A stretch of 64,000 nucleotides of DNA. Origin: a virus. The DNA lies in IMG/VR virus record IMGVR_UViG_3300043425_001673, positions 30,772-94,771 of that record; one strand, written 5' to 3'. Positions 52,956 to 61,182 of the stretch are shown here, piece after piece. The notes beneath the pieces were generated by a model. That model was given only the letters and a program-made list of their open reading frames with translations. It had not been told where the DNA came from and did not search any database. The translations under genes and the position numbers were made by a program. Each line of letters begins with the position of its first letter. The stretch's first letter is position 1.

Positions 52956-53867
52956 TTGGATATGAAGCTTTTCCAAGTTGAATACCTGAAGGCTCCTGCT
53001 TTCAGGTATTTTTTATTGGGTTTTTTTGTTTTTTCCACCAATGCTTCAGCCAAAAGTCTTCAGTTGTCCTGGCGTGAGTCGAGGCTTGATGCAATTTTCA
53101 ATGCAGATGGAGAGCCTGATTTTCTGTTTGAGGATTATGTTCTTTTCAATTGTCCTGCAGCAGGTGAGGCGGGTGTGCTGGCCCGAACCAGAAACAAGGC
53201 TGATTTGTTTTCAGCTTTCTATGGCCTTGATCTAAGTCGCAGGACATCAGTTTTCTTTGGAACAGGTTTTCTTCAAATCAACACAGAGAGTGTGATTGAA
53301 GCTGCTGGTGTTGATCCAGCTGAACTGGAAGCTGATCTTAATGCCATTGGCTGCCGGTCAAAAAATTCGCGTGTCACTCGCGGTCTGACAGATGCTATTG
53401 TTTCCGTTCGCAATGAGCAAAGACTTGGTTCCTTGAGTCTTGAATTAAGCATGGCTTTGAATGTTCCACTGGATCAAAACCCTTTGATCGTGGGTGAGCC
53501 GGGAAGAAGGCTTTCAGTTGATCTGGCTTTGACACCATCATATGGGAAAAAAATCATTGTCAGTTTCCCATTGGAATTCAGGCTAAACTTTCCATCAACG
53601 TCATTTGACCGCACGTTGGGCACAAGAGTTCAGGCCAGTCTTTTTGATGTTTTATTTTCGGTTGGGATTTTGAGAATCGAGCAGTTTGGAGCGGAATCAA
53701 TTTATCAGAACAATGGCAGCTTCAGTTTGAACCATGTGTTTGATGCCTTGATCAGTCTTCCGACTGAGACAGGTGCTTTTTCCTTTGCCTATCAAAAATC
53801 CCTGTCAGGCATAAATGCCCTGGTCATTGATTCATTTGAAGTGTCACTGGTTCTTTTCAAGCTGTGA
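52956..53867 (+). CDS. Exported protein, possible outer-membrane beta-barrel
   Basis: Signal-like FLLGFFVFSTNASA and alternating amphipathic beta-strand pattern. Confidence 0.45.
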   Translation: MDMKLFQVEYLKAPAFRYFLLGFFVFSTNASAKSLQLSWRESRLDAIFNADGEPDFLFEDYVLFNCPAAGEAGVLARTRNKADLFSAFYGLDLSRRTSVFFGTGFLQINTESVIEAAGVDPAELEADLNAIGCRSKNSRVTRGLTDAIVSVRNEQRLGSLSLELSMALNVPLDQNPLIVGEPGRRLSVDLALTPSYGKKIIVSFPLEFRLNFPSTSFDRTLGTRVQASLFDVLFSVGILRIEQFGAESIYQNNGSFSLNHVFDALISLPTETGAFSFAYQKSLSGINALVIDSFEVSLVLFKL

Positions 53868-53870
53868 TCA

Positions 53871-53888
53871 ACTGAATTCAAGTTCACT
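53871..53888. promoter_or_regulatory. 18-bp palindromic site, copy 6 (ACTGAATTCAAGTTCACT, reverse orientation)
   Basis: 3 nt after stop 53867; identical to copy 5. Confidence 0.8.
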
Positions 53889-54515
53889 TCACCTGTCATT
53901 CCATGTAAAATCAGCATACAATGACCTGTCAGCTGCGAGAGGTGTTATCATGTCACTATTCCGCTGGCTATGGCAAATGCTGGATTATGTTCTTTTTCTG
54001 ATGGAAAAATGTAAACAGAATCATGAATCTGGTTGGTAGCTGAACAAGGTCCAGGAGGGTATTGCATTATGCTTGTGGATATCGTGACTGAAGTATCGCA
54101 TTCCTATTATCTCTATCTCTGCTCGTTGTTTCTTGGAGAACTTTCCGAATACAAGTTTCGATTTCAAAGCAAGGCAGAGACGGAAACAAGACTGAAGATC
54201 GGGAATTTTGGTGACTATGTTGTGTTTTTGATGAATAAGGACAACCTTGAGTTTATCAAGCATCTTTCACGGTCGGTCTACGATATGTATCCCGATCGGG
54301 TTTTTGTCTGTTGTCTTGATGATGAATCCTATGATGCCTATGCCTCATGGGAAGGCAAAGGCTGCACATATTGGACGTTGGATCTTGAGCAGACCATGGA
54401 CCTGATCAGACTCAATCCAAAACAAATTGTCCAGTCGTCCTCACTCGAAGTATCATAGTCGAAATATTCAAAAGGAATTCTGAAATGAAAAAGCTTTTAA
54501 AAGAAGTCAAAGGCG

Positions 54516-54773
54516 ATGCAGAACAGCAGGACGAAACCGAAGCCACAGTCAATGTCGGAGATAAAAAGGTTACTATTAAAGTTACAAAGAACCAGGAAGA
54601 GTCAAACCAGGGAAAGCGTCAGCTTCTCTGCGAATGATCCTGTTTGTTCATTTTGTAATCGTGCGGTGAAAAGCGTTCCAATCATTCAGGGAAGCAAAGC
54701 CAACATTTGCAGCAATTGTGTTAACATTTGCCAGAAGCTTTTGGAGAAAAATACAGCTGCAAAGGAACCCTGA
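54516..54773 (+). CDS. Stand-alone ClpX C4-type zinc finger protein
   Basis: CSFCNR...IIQG..ANICSNCVNICQKLL. Confidence 0.8.
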   Translation: MQNSRTKPKPQSMSEIKRLLLKLQRTRKSQTRESVSFSANDPVCSFCNRAVKSVPIIQGSKANICSNCVNICQKLLEKNTAAKEP

Positions 54774-54978
54774 ATGAGAATCGTTTTGTGTTTCACAGCC
54801 TTTGTGCTTGGCTGGATTTTCAGTTATGCTTTTCAGATACGAACCATCAAGGAACTGAACTCCAAAATACTTTCCCTGAACGGGGAAGTGAAAAGCCCTG
54901 ACAAGGTTTTTCCGATTATCGTTTCAAATAGAGTCAGAAATCCTGAAGAGATTGAAAAGCTTGTGAAGCAAAAGATTC

Positions 54979-55275
54979 ATGAGTTTTATGAATATGAGGG
55001 ATGCCATGATTGGAATCAACAGACAAAACATTAGTCGTGCGGTTGGAATCCTTCGTTATGCGGTGAAGAAACCCGTGGTGACAAAGGCCATTCGCATGCA
55101 CGATGATTTTTTTGTTGAGACTGATCATGGCAGAGTTTCCGGCAAAAAGGGTGATTACCTGCTTCAAAGTGTCACAGGTGACTTGAGCGTAATGTCTTCA
55201 GAGGCGTTTGAATCAAACTATGATTTTTTGGAGAATCAAAATGTCGGACCTGAAATCCCTTGTGACTCGACTTGA
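54979..55275 (+). CDS. PGDYG-like phage protein
   Basis: KKPVV..A...VET.HG...GKKGDYLL...G......FE..Y. Confidence 0.6.
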   Translation: MSFMNMRDAMIGINRQNISRAVGILRYAVKKPVVTKAIRMHDDFFVETDHGRVSGKKGDYLLQSVTGDLSVMSSEAFESNYDFLENQNVGPEIPCDST

Positions 55276-56134
55276 CGAAATCATGGAAGCCCGCAGAAAG
55301 ATTTATTCACGGTTCTTCGCTCCGTGGAACCTTGAAAAGATCACCGACCTTTCCGGTTTTGACGATGAGATAAAAGGCATCTGGAAGAGTGCCCAGTATC
55401 TTGTGACAAAAGCACAGGGCGAAGCTGACAATTACAGCCAAAGACTTGACGCAGCCCTCGAAAATGTGATTGGATTCAAGAACAAGCTTGAAATGACTGA
55501 GCGAAGCCTTCAGAAGCTGAACGCTGAATACGAGCAGATGCACCATGCCTATGAACAGCTTTGTCATCAGCTTGAAAGCCAGGATGGACTCAAGATGCAG
55601 ATTGCAGCGCTGAAGGTGGAGTTGGAGACAGCCAAACATGAGTCAGGAAAGAAACGAAAAAAAGGTCAGGCAAAAAGCTGAAACCAAGGATGGTCGGAAG
55701 GTGACAAATCTCGTTAGAAACGAATTCGGATATTTTGGGACAGTGGATAATGTTCGCGTGATGTGGGATATGAACGGAATTTCGGGCAAGGGTGATTCAT
55801 GGACTTTGCAATTCAAGGACTGATCGACAGAGCGTATTTGCGCATCCAGGCTTTGTATGACTTTTATGAAATGACAGCCTCTGACTTTGATCGCTTCAAG
55901 GTCGAGTCCCCAAGACTTTTGGAGACTATTGAAAAAATAGAGGATGTCAATATTTTAAGCTATGAAGAGATGAAGATTGTCTGTCATAAATGGATTGAGA
56001 ACTATCATTTGCTTTTTAAAAGACGGGCATACTTAAGGGGGAGAACCTGACCAACACTCCCCGATTTTTTTATTCCCTCCTTTCCAAAAGCATCTGATTC
56101 AAAAATCCACAAACACCTGAGCGGTTGAAAAACG

Positions 56135-56980
56135 ATGGATAATGTTTCAGGACAGGAAACTGTCAGCGGAACAGGCGGCGATACCCTGTTCAGTTTTGAT
56201 CCCGTCAATGCAATGTCACGTAAAAGACGAAGCAAGAAACTTGAGTCGATGCAATGCTGGCCACAGGTCAAGCACATGCTCGATAACGGTATATCAGTCC
56301 CGGAAATCGTTCACTATATTCAGATAACTCGAAAAGAATATACGAACGTCAAACCTCAAAGCCTCACAACCATCATCTATCAATGGCTTGGCAGTCTCGA
56401 TAACAGAAAGCGTCTCATTGATTATCGGGTTCCGGTCAAGCATCTTAACCTGATCAAAAGCAATTCCGAGCGTGTTGATCCAATTGACGGGATGAACATG
56501 CTGTTTGCCTTGCACATGGATCGTGTGCTTATGGCCTATGAAAAGGAAAAGCAGAAAAAGTCACCAAGCAAAGACAACAACAAGATGATTGAGATTGCCA
56601 TGGACATGCTGAACAGCCTTGCGCAAATGCAGGGTATTGGCGATCCCAAGATGATGTCACTCAAAAACCCGACAAGTTCCGTGACCGAGCAGCGTGTTGA
56701 CGGAACTCTGGCTCAGATGGATCGAATCAAAAAACAGTTTGAGGAACGCTGGGGTTCGACCGCAGCCCAGGTTCTTCTTGATCCTGAGAGCCGCAACAAA
56801 CTCTTCAATGCTGTCAACAAAATCCGCAAGACCGCAGGTCCAACCATGGCTCGGATCATTGAGGAAAACAGCAGAAAGGCAAACGAGGCTTTAACAATAG
56901 ACCAGCAGACAATTGAGGGGATGTATGATAACGAAGATGGAACCACCACAATTGACGCAAGTTTCGAGTCAGGGAATTGA
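56135..56980 (+). CDS. Helical hypothetical protein (terminase small subunit candidate)
   Basis: HTH-like N-terminus and position shortly upstream of terL; role inferred from context. Confidence 0.35.
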   Translation: MDNVSGQETVSGTGGDTLFSFDPVNAMSRKRRSKKLESMQCWPQVKHMLDNGISVPEIVHYIQITRKEYTNVKPQSLTTIIYQWLGSLDNRKRLIDYRVPVKHLNLIKSNSERVDPIDGMNMLFALHMDRVLMAYEKEKQKKSPSKDNNKMIEIAMDMLNSLAQMQGIGDPKMMSLKNPTSSVTEQRVDGTLAQMDRIKKQFEERWGSTAAQVLLDPESRNKLFNAVNKIRKTAGPTMARIIEENSRKANEALTIDQQTIEGMYDNEDGTTTIDASFESGN

Positions 56981-57782
56981 AACTAAAATTGTGACCATCT
57001 TTGGTCATGAACTCACGCTTGAAAAAAGAGTCTGCCTTGGTGGATGCAAAAAGGAGTTCTGGGTTTGCCCGGAAAGTCAGGCTGTCCATGCGAGAAGCGA
57101 TTGCCTGTTTGTCTGCAATGTTCCCATAGATGATATCCCTGAACACATCATGAAGCGCTATGACAAGGATTATGATCGTGATTCATGGGAGCAGGAGAAA
57201 AAGGACTTTTCGCGCAATCTTTTTGCCAAGACCAACAGCAAGACCAAACCGCCAAAGAAGACCGCATTCCTTCCCAAACCAAAACGAAAGCCCAAGGAAA
57301 TAGATACGGGAAAGATTGAGCGTGAGAAAAGACGCTGGAACATTGCTGTTTACCGGGTAAGACGTATCCTGCAAAGGCGTGAAGCCATGCCACGGTTTAG
57401 GGAGTCGGTTGCATGTATAGCCTCTGCTGTTGTGAAAAACAAAAAGAACTTCAGCATCAAATGCTTTTCAAGTCTTGTCGGTCTTGATAGAAAAACGCTT
57501 CAGTGCTGGATTCATGTGAAGTCGGATGTTCTTGATCATTTGACTGTTTACGATGGAAACTTTTTGGCTGCAAAGAAAACAAGGGAAATATTGAAGTCAC
57601 AGCCTGATGGTGGTTTTGATATGAACGAGGTTTTTATTCAGGAGTCCATCAAGTGCATGATGCCACAAAAAAGACAAAGAAAAAAAGAAATGGAAAAATG
57701 CTCGAATGGTTCCTCGATAACCAGCAAATCTGGAAGGATCAAAGCCTATCGGATGAAGATAAAGATAAAATCCGTTTCCTGA
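56913..57782 (+). CDS. Basic hypothetical protein with Cys4 (CxGGC...C...C) module
   Basis: Module paralogous to that in 9281..10258. Confidence 0.6.
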   Translation: MRGCMITKMEPPQLTQVSSQGIETKIVTIFGHELTLEKRVCLGGCKKEFWVCPESQAVHARSDCLFVCNVPIDDIPEHIMKRYDKDYDRDSWEQEKKDFSRNLFAKTNSKTKPPKKTAFLPKPKRKPKEIDTGKIEREKRRWNIAVYRVRRILQRREAMPRFRESVACIASAVVKNKKNFSIKCFSSLVGLDRKTLQCWIHVKSDVLDHLTVYDGNFLAAKKTREILKSQPDGGFDMNEVFIQESIKCMMPQKRQRKKEMEKCSNGSSITSKSGRIKAYRMKIKIKSVS

Positions 57783-57860
57783 TGCACATGAACGGGATCA
57801 ACCATAAGGATACGCTGTTTATGTTTGACGACATGAGAAAGGAAGCCTTGATGATTTTAG

Positions 57861-60800
57861 GTGAAACGCATGATTATAACGGACAAATTTAAATCATATT
57901 CCCTATTCACCGATGAGGAACTTCAAAACAGTATCGCTCAGGATATCGACAATATGAGCGAGGCTGAGCGTGCGGTGTTTTTTGAACTGCTTAACAATCC
58001 TCAGTTTGAAGGGGATTTGACCGCACTGGAACTTGATCGGGATATGGTATCGGTTGAGCAGTGGATTGAAGATGATTACTACATGGGAGCCTTGGGCAAG
58101 AGCATCTATAAGCCATGGAAGGATGATCTTCTTGAACTCTTTGAATCATGTGCCTACGACACGGCTGTCATTCAAGGGGGTATTGGCTGTCAAGCCGAAA
58201 AGACGCAGATTATGACAGACAGTGGATTGATTGCGATGGGGGATCTAACCTCATCACACAAATATCTGTCTTACGACAATGGTAAAGCTAGATTTGTGCA
58301 AGGCACACACGCTTTTGTAAAAGGCAAAGACATGCTTTACAAGGTAAGGCATGCCTCTGGTGAATTTGAAGCTACAGCACATCATAAGGTTTTATGTGCT
58401 GATGGTTATTACAGGCGTGTTGATCAGCTTGCTGATGGTATGCAGATTGTTTCGAGCGATAAATTTCAAGATGATGTTTCATGTGATCTTTCTGTGACGA
58501 AAACACTTCGAGGTTTTCTGGATCATTGTTTCTTGGATTCTCATCTATGTGATGAACTACTTCAGTTGGCAAAAGATATCGGTCAAGTTTCTTTTCCATC
58601 ACAAGTCGATGCTCAGGCATTGTCAGCTTTTTACCGTAAAGTGGATGCTCCTTTGGAACACTCACTTTTACATACTCAGTCCTGGTCTTTCCTCCCGTCC
58701 AAAAAGGGTTTTTGGAACCCTTCGGTGGACCGGCTTTTCTTTGATTCAGACCTTGCCTATGCAAAAATTTTTCAACAGAGTTATGGGATCTTCCAACGGA
58801 TGTTGCAATCTCGGAAAGTGGATGTCCTGCCTCGTATAGCGCAAGCACTTTCTCTTTTTGTTCAGAAGACATTCCCCGAGGATTTGCAACGCCTTTACGT
58901 CCCCCTTCTGAACGCCTTGGTAAATCATTTTTCAAAACATAACGAATCACAATATCAGGTGAAGGACGGCCAATCGCTTTCATTATCTCTTCATAGGATT
59001 TTTGTCCGTCTGATAGCTCATGGATTTGTGCTTTCTCGTTCTCGGTCAAAGGCTTTTGAAAATAGGGCAGGTCAAGCTTGCGAACCCAGGCTCTCACCGT
59101 CTCAGGCGATTTCCCAATTACTGTTGCGATGTCGTCAATCTTTGTTTGGAAAGAGGCCATTTTCTTTATCGTGTCTATCTGCTCTTGGGTTAATTTCAAA
59201 CTCACTTGATTCTGTCTCCTTTGGTTTTTCCAAAGTAATGTCGATAGAAAAAACAGTTACAGATTGGTATTGGGATTTGCAAGTGCCAATGACCAATAAT
59301 TATGTGTCAGGTGGTGCGGTGCATCACAATTCAGGTAAGTCAACTTTTTCACACCTTGCCGTTTTGAGGATGCTCTATGAAGCATCTTGTCTCAAAAATC
59401 CGGCTGTCAGCTATGGCCTTGCTCCCAACTCCATCATTGGTTTTTGTTCACTGGCAAAATCCAAGGAAACCGCACGGCGGGTTGTGTTTGAGCAGATTGC
59501 TGCGAAGATTCAGGAGTCGCCTTATTTCAAATATGAGTTTGCGCCTGTCAAGGATGTGAAGGATGAAATCATATTCCCAAAGGGACTTGCAATCATTTGC
59601 GGTTCATCAACGGACACATCCATCATCGGTATGAACATCTTCGGTGGAATCATCGACGAAGTGAACTTCTGGGGAAAGGTGAAAAAGACCAACCTCAATT
59701 TTGGAAAGCACTGGGGAACGGAAAGCAAGTCAGGTAGGCTCTTTGATAGCGTTCGCCGAAGGATGAAGTCGCGCTATATCAAAAAGGGAAAACTCCCTGG
59801 CATCCTGATGCTTATCTCATCGAAGACAACCAAGGACAGTTTTACTGAGCAGTTCATCAGAAAAGAAAAGGCTCTCGGCAATAACTCCACCTTTGTCCGT
59901 GACCGCTCAATTCTTGACATGAAGCGTGACAGCTTTGGCAGTAACACCTTCAAGGTCCTGATCGGAACCGTGGACTATCCCTCGCGTATCCTCATAGAAG
60001 GTGAGGATATTTCAAATCTGACTGATGCCATGGTCATTGAGATTCCCGATGATTTCCGTGTGGACTTTGAAAACAACCTGGAAGAGTCGCTGCGTGATAT
60101 TGCGGGTGTTTCAACCATTGCCATATCCAACTTCATTTCCAAACTTGAAAAAATCAACGAGATGGTTGACGACAGGTCCCATCCTTTCCAGTGTCCGCTT
60201 CTGCCTGATCCAACCATTTGGGATAGCCGCAAGCCATACAAAATCAACTGGCATGCGCTCTGCACTCAAAAGGACAACGGTGAATGGGTTCCGAAACTCA
60301 ATCCCGATGCACCACGTCATGTCCACTTCGATCCGGCTTATACGGGTGACGCCTTTGGTCTTTGCATTGCGCACATCGGGGGAATGCAGGCCGTTCAGAA
60401 GGAAGGTGAGATAATCGAGTATCAGCCTATCTTCATCGTCGATTTCATTCTGGCCATACAGGGAAGCAAGGAAGAGGAAGTCATTAACCGCAATGTGCGG
60501 GAACTCTGTTATGAGTTTTCCAATCATGGATTTCATTTGGCTGAGTTCTCAATGGATACTTATCAGTCAAGGGAAATGGCTCAAAGCCTTGAGATGCAGG
60601 GCTACAAGGCAGGCATCTACTCGGTCGATACGGGGATTTCAAGCAAGGGTGAGAACGTTGTCAATACAGCGGTCGGCAAGGTTCCAAAAGCGAAACAGGC
60701 TTATTGGTATTTGCGCTCTGCCATATATGAAAATCGTGTCAAATGTTATGATTATCCAAGACTCCTGATGGAACTGAGGAAACTGGAAGACACGCCTGAG

Positions 60801-61145
60801 AAGGTGGATCATCCCGAGGGAGAAAGCAAGGACTTGGCTGATTCACTGTGCGGTGTGGTCTGGACTCTTTTCAGATCGAAAAACCATGCGGAACTGCCTT
60901 TGCCTTCAAAGGGTGTGACAGTGAATCCCGGCTCCGAGGTGGAAACTCTTGCGGACTATGCGGAAAGTCTGAAGCAGGATATGTCAGTTGAAGCGGGTTC
61001 AAGTCAGGTGATCGAAATCAGGCAGACAAAGGTTTATGAGAAAAAGAAGCATCAGACCGTGTCACCGAAGTATCAAAAGGTTTCGACCAATGGCACAGTC
61101 AAGGACCTGACCATAAACACCGAGGACTATCTGGTTCGCGGCTAA
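57861..61145 (+). CDS. terL: Terminase large subunit, intein-containing (about 713 aa after splicing)
   Basis: Walker A GGIG|SGKS restored by intein removal, Walker B GIIDE, coupling motif LISS, nuclease HFDPA...D and KDLADS; adjacent to portal. Confidence 0.93.
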   Translation: MKRMIITDKFKSYSLFTDEELQNSIAQDIDNMSEAERAVFFELLNNPQFEGDLTALELDRDMVSVEQWIEDDYYMGALGKSIYKPWKDDLLELFESCAYDTAVIQGGIGCQAEKTQIMTDSGLIAMGDLTSSHKYLSYDNGKARFVQGTHAFVKGKDMLYKVRHASGEFEATAHHKVLCADGYYRRVDQLADGMQIVSSDKFQDDVSCDLSVTKTLRGFLDHCFLDSHLCDELLQLAKDIGQVSFPSQVDAQALSAFYRKVDAPLEHSLLHTQSWSFLPSKKGFWNPSVDRLFFDSDLAYAKIFQQSYGIFQRMLQSRKVDVLPRIAQALSLFVQKTFPEDLQRLYVPLLNALVNHFSKHNESQYQVKDGQSLSLSLHRIFVRLIAHGFVLSRSRSKAFENRAGQACEPRLSPSQAISQLLLRCRQSLFGKRPFSLSCLSALGLISNSLDSVSFGFSKVMSIEKTVTDWYWDLQVPMTNNYVSGGAVHHNSGKSTFSHLAVLRMLYEASCLKNPAVSYGLAPNSIIGFCSLAKSKETARRVVFEQIAAKIQESPYFKYEFAPVKDVKDEIIFPKGLAIICGSSTDTSIIGMNIFGGIIDEVNFWGKVKKTNLNFGKHWGTESKSGRLFDSVRRRMKSRYIKKGKLPGILMLISSKTTKDSFTEQFIRKEKALGNNSTFVRDRSILDMKRDSFGSNTFKVLIGTVDYPSRILIEGEDISNLTDAMVIEIPDDFRVDFENNLEESLRDIAGVSTIAISNFISKLEKINEMVDDRSHPFQCPLLPDPTIWDSRKPYKINWHALCTQKDNGEWVPKLNPDAPRHVHFDPAYTGDAFGLCIAHIGGMQAVQKEGEIIEYQPIFIVDFILAIQGSKEEEVINRNVRELCYEFSNHGFHLAEFSMDTYQSREMAQSLEMQGYKAGIYSVDTGISSKGENVVNTAVGKVPKAKQAYWYLRSAIYENRVKCYDYPRLLMELRKLEDTPEKVDHPEGESKDLADSLCGVVWTLFRSKNHAELPLPSKGVTVNPGSEVETLADYAESLKQDMSVEAGSSQVIEIRQTKVYEKKKHQTVSPKYQKVSTNGTVKDLTINTEDYLVRG
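58188..59330 (+). mobile_element. Intein (381 aa) in the terminase P-loop
   Basis: Block A CQAEKTQIMTDSG, block B EATAHHKV, blocks F/G WDLQVPMTNNYVSGGAVHHN followed by Ser. Confidence 0.93.
58372..59205 (-). CDS. HNH homing endonuclease with three HTH-like repeats, encoded antisense within the intein
   Basis: EHRLVME...VVHHIDENPRNNDPENL (HNH), KGSKNPFWTGG, three HTH-like repeats; GTG start with AAAGGAG 10 nt upstream. Confidence 0.9.
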   Translation of the reverse strand: MSLKLTQEQIDTIKKMASFQTKIDDIATVIGKSPETVRAWVRKLDLPYFQKPLTENEKAQIHELSDGQKSYEEIMKAIGRPSPDIVIRYVLKNDLPRRSEGGRKGVANPRGMSSEQKEKVLALYEAGHPLSEIATSVGRSHNSVEKFLHRQGLNQRKAGPPKGSKNPFWTGGKTRTEYVKVSVPKEHPLYGKKLTMPEHRLVMEKKLDRYLLPTEVVHHIDENPRNNDPENLEVFSSQKDHMKHHLEIYRSKQSAYHQQADQHACNNHQHIKPYDVL

Positions 61146-61163
61146 AGTGAACTTGAGTTCACT
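61146..61163. promoter_or_regulatory. 18-bp palindromic site, copy 7 (AGTGAACTTGAGTTCACT)
   Basis: Immediately after the terL stop and before the portal RBS; identical to copy 3. Confidence 0.8.
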
Positions 61164-61182
61164 CGAATGGAGAAAAATTGAA

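Noticed and set aside
52671-52976. Alternative-frame repeat ORFs (LLSSGG)n and (PPLLSK)n
   Set aside because: By-products of the 18-nt repeat; only the AAAAQQ frame has a signal peptide.
58455-59215. Group I intron or frameshift as the explanation for the odd terL insert
   Set aside because: The sense frame is continuous and bounded by complete intein blocks whose removal restores the P-loop; no intron core was recognised.
8871-61163. Palindrome copies as CRISPR repeats or integron attC sites
   Set aside because: Copies are kilobases apart and only 18 bp, with no spacer periodicity, attC R/L box structure, cas genes or integrase.
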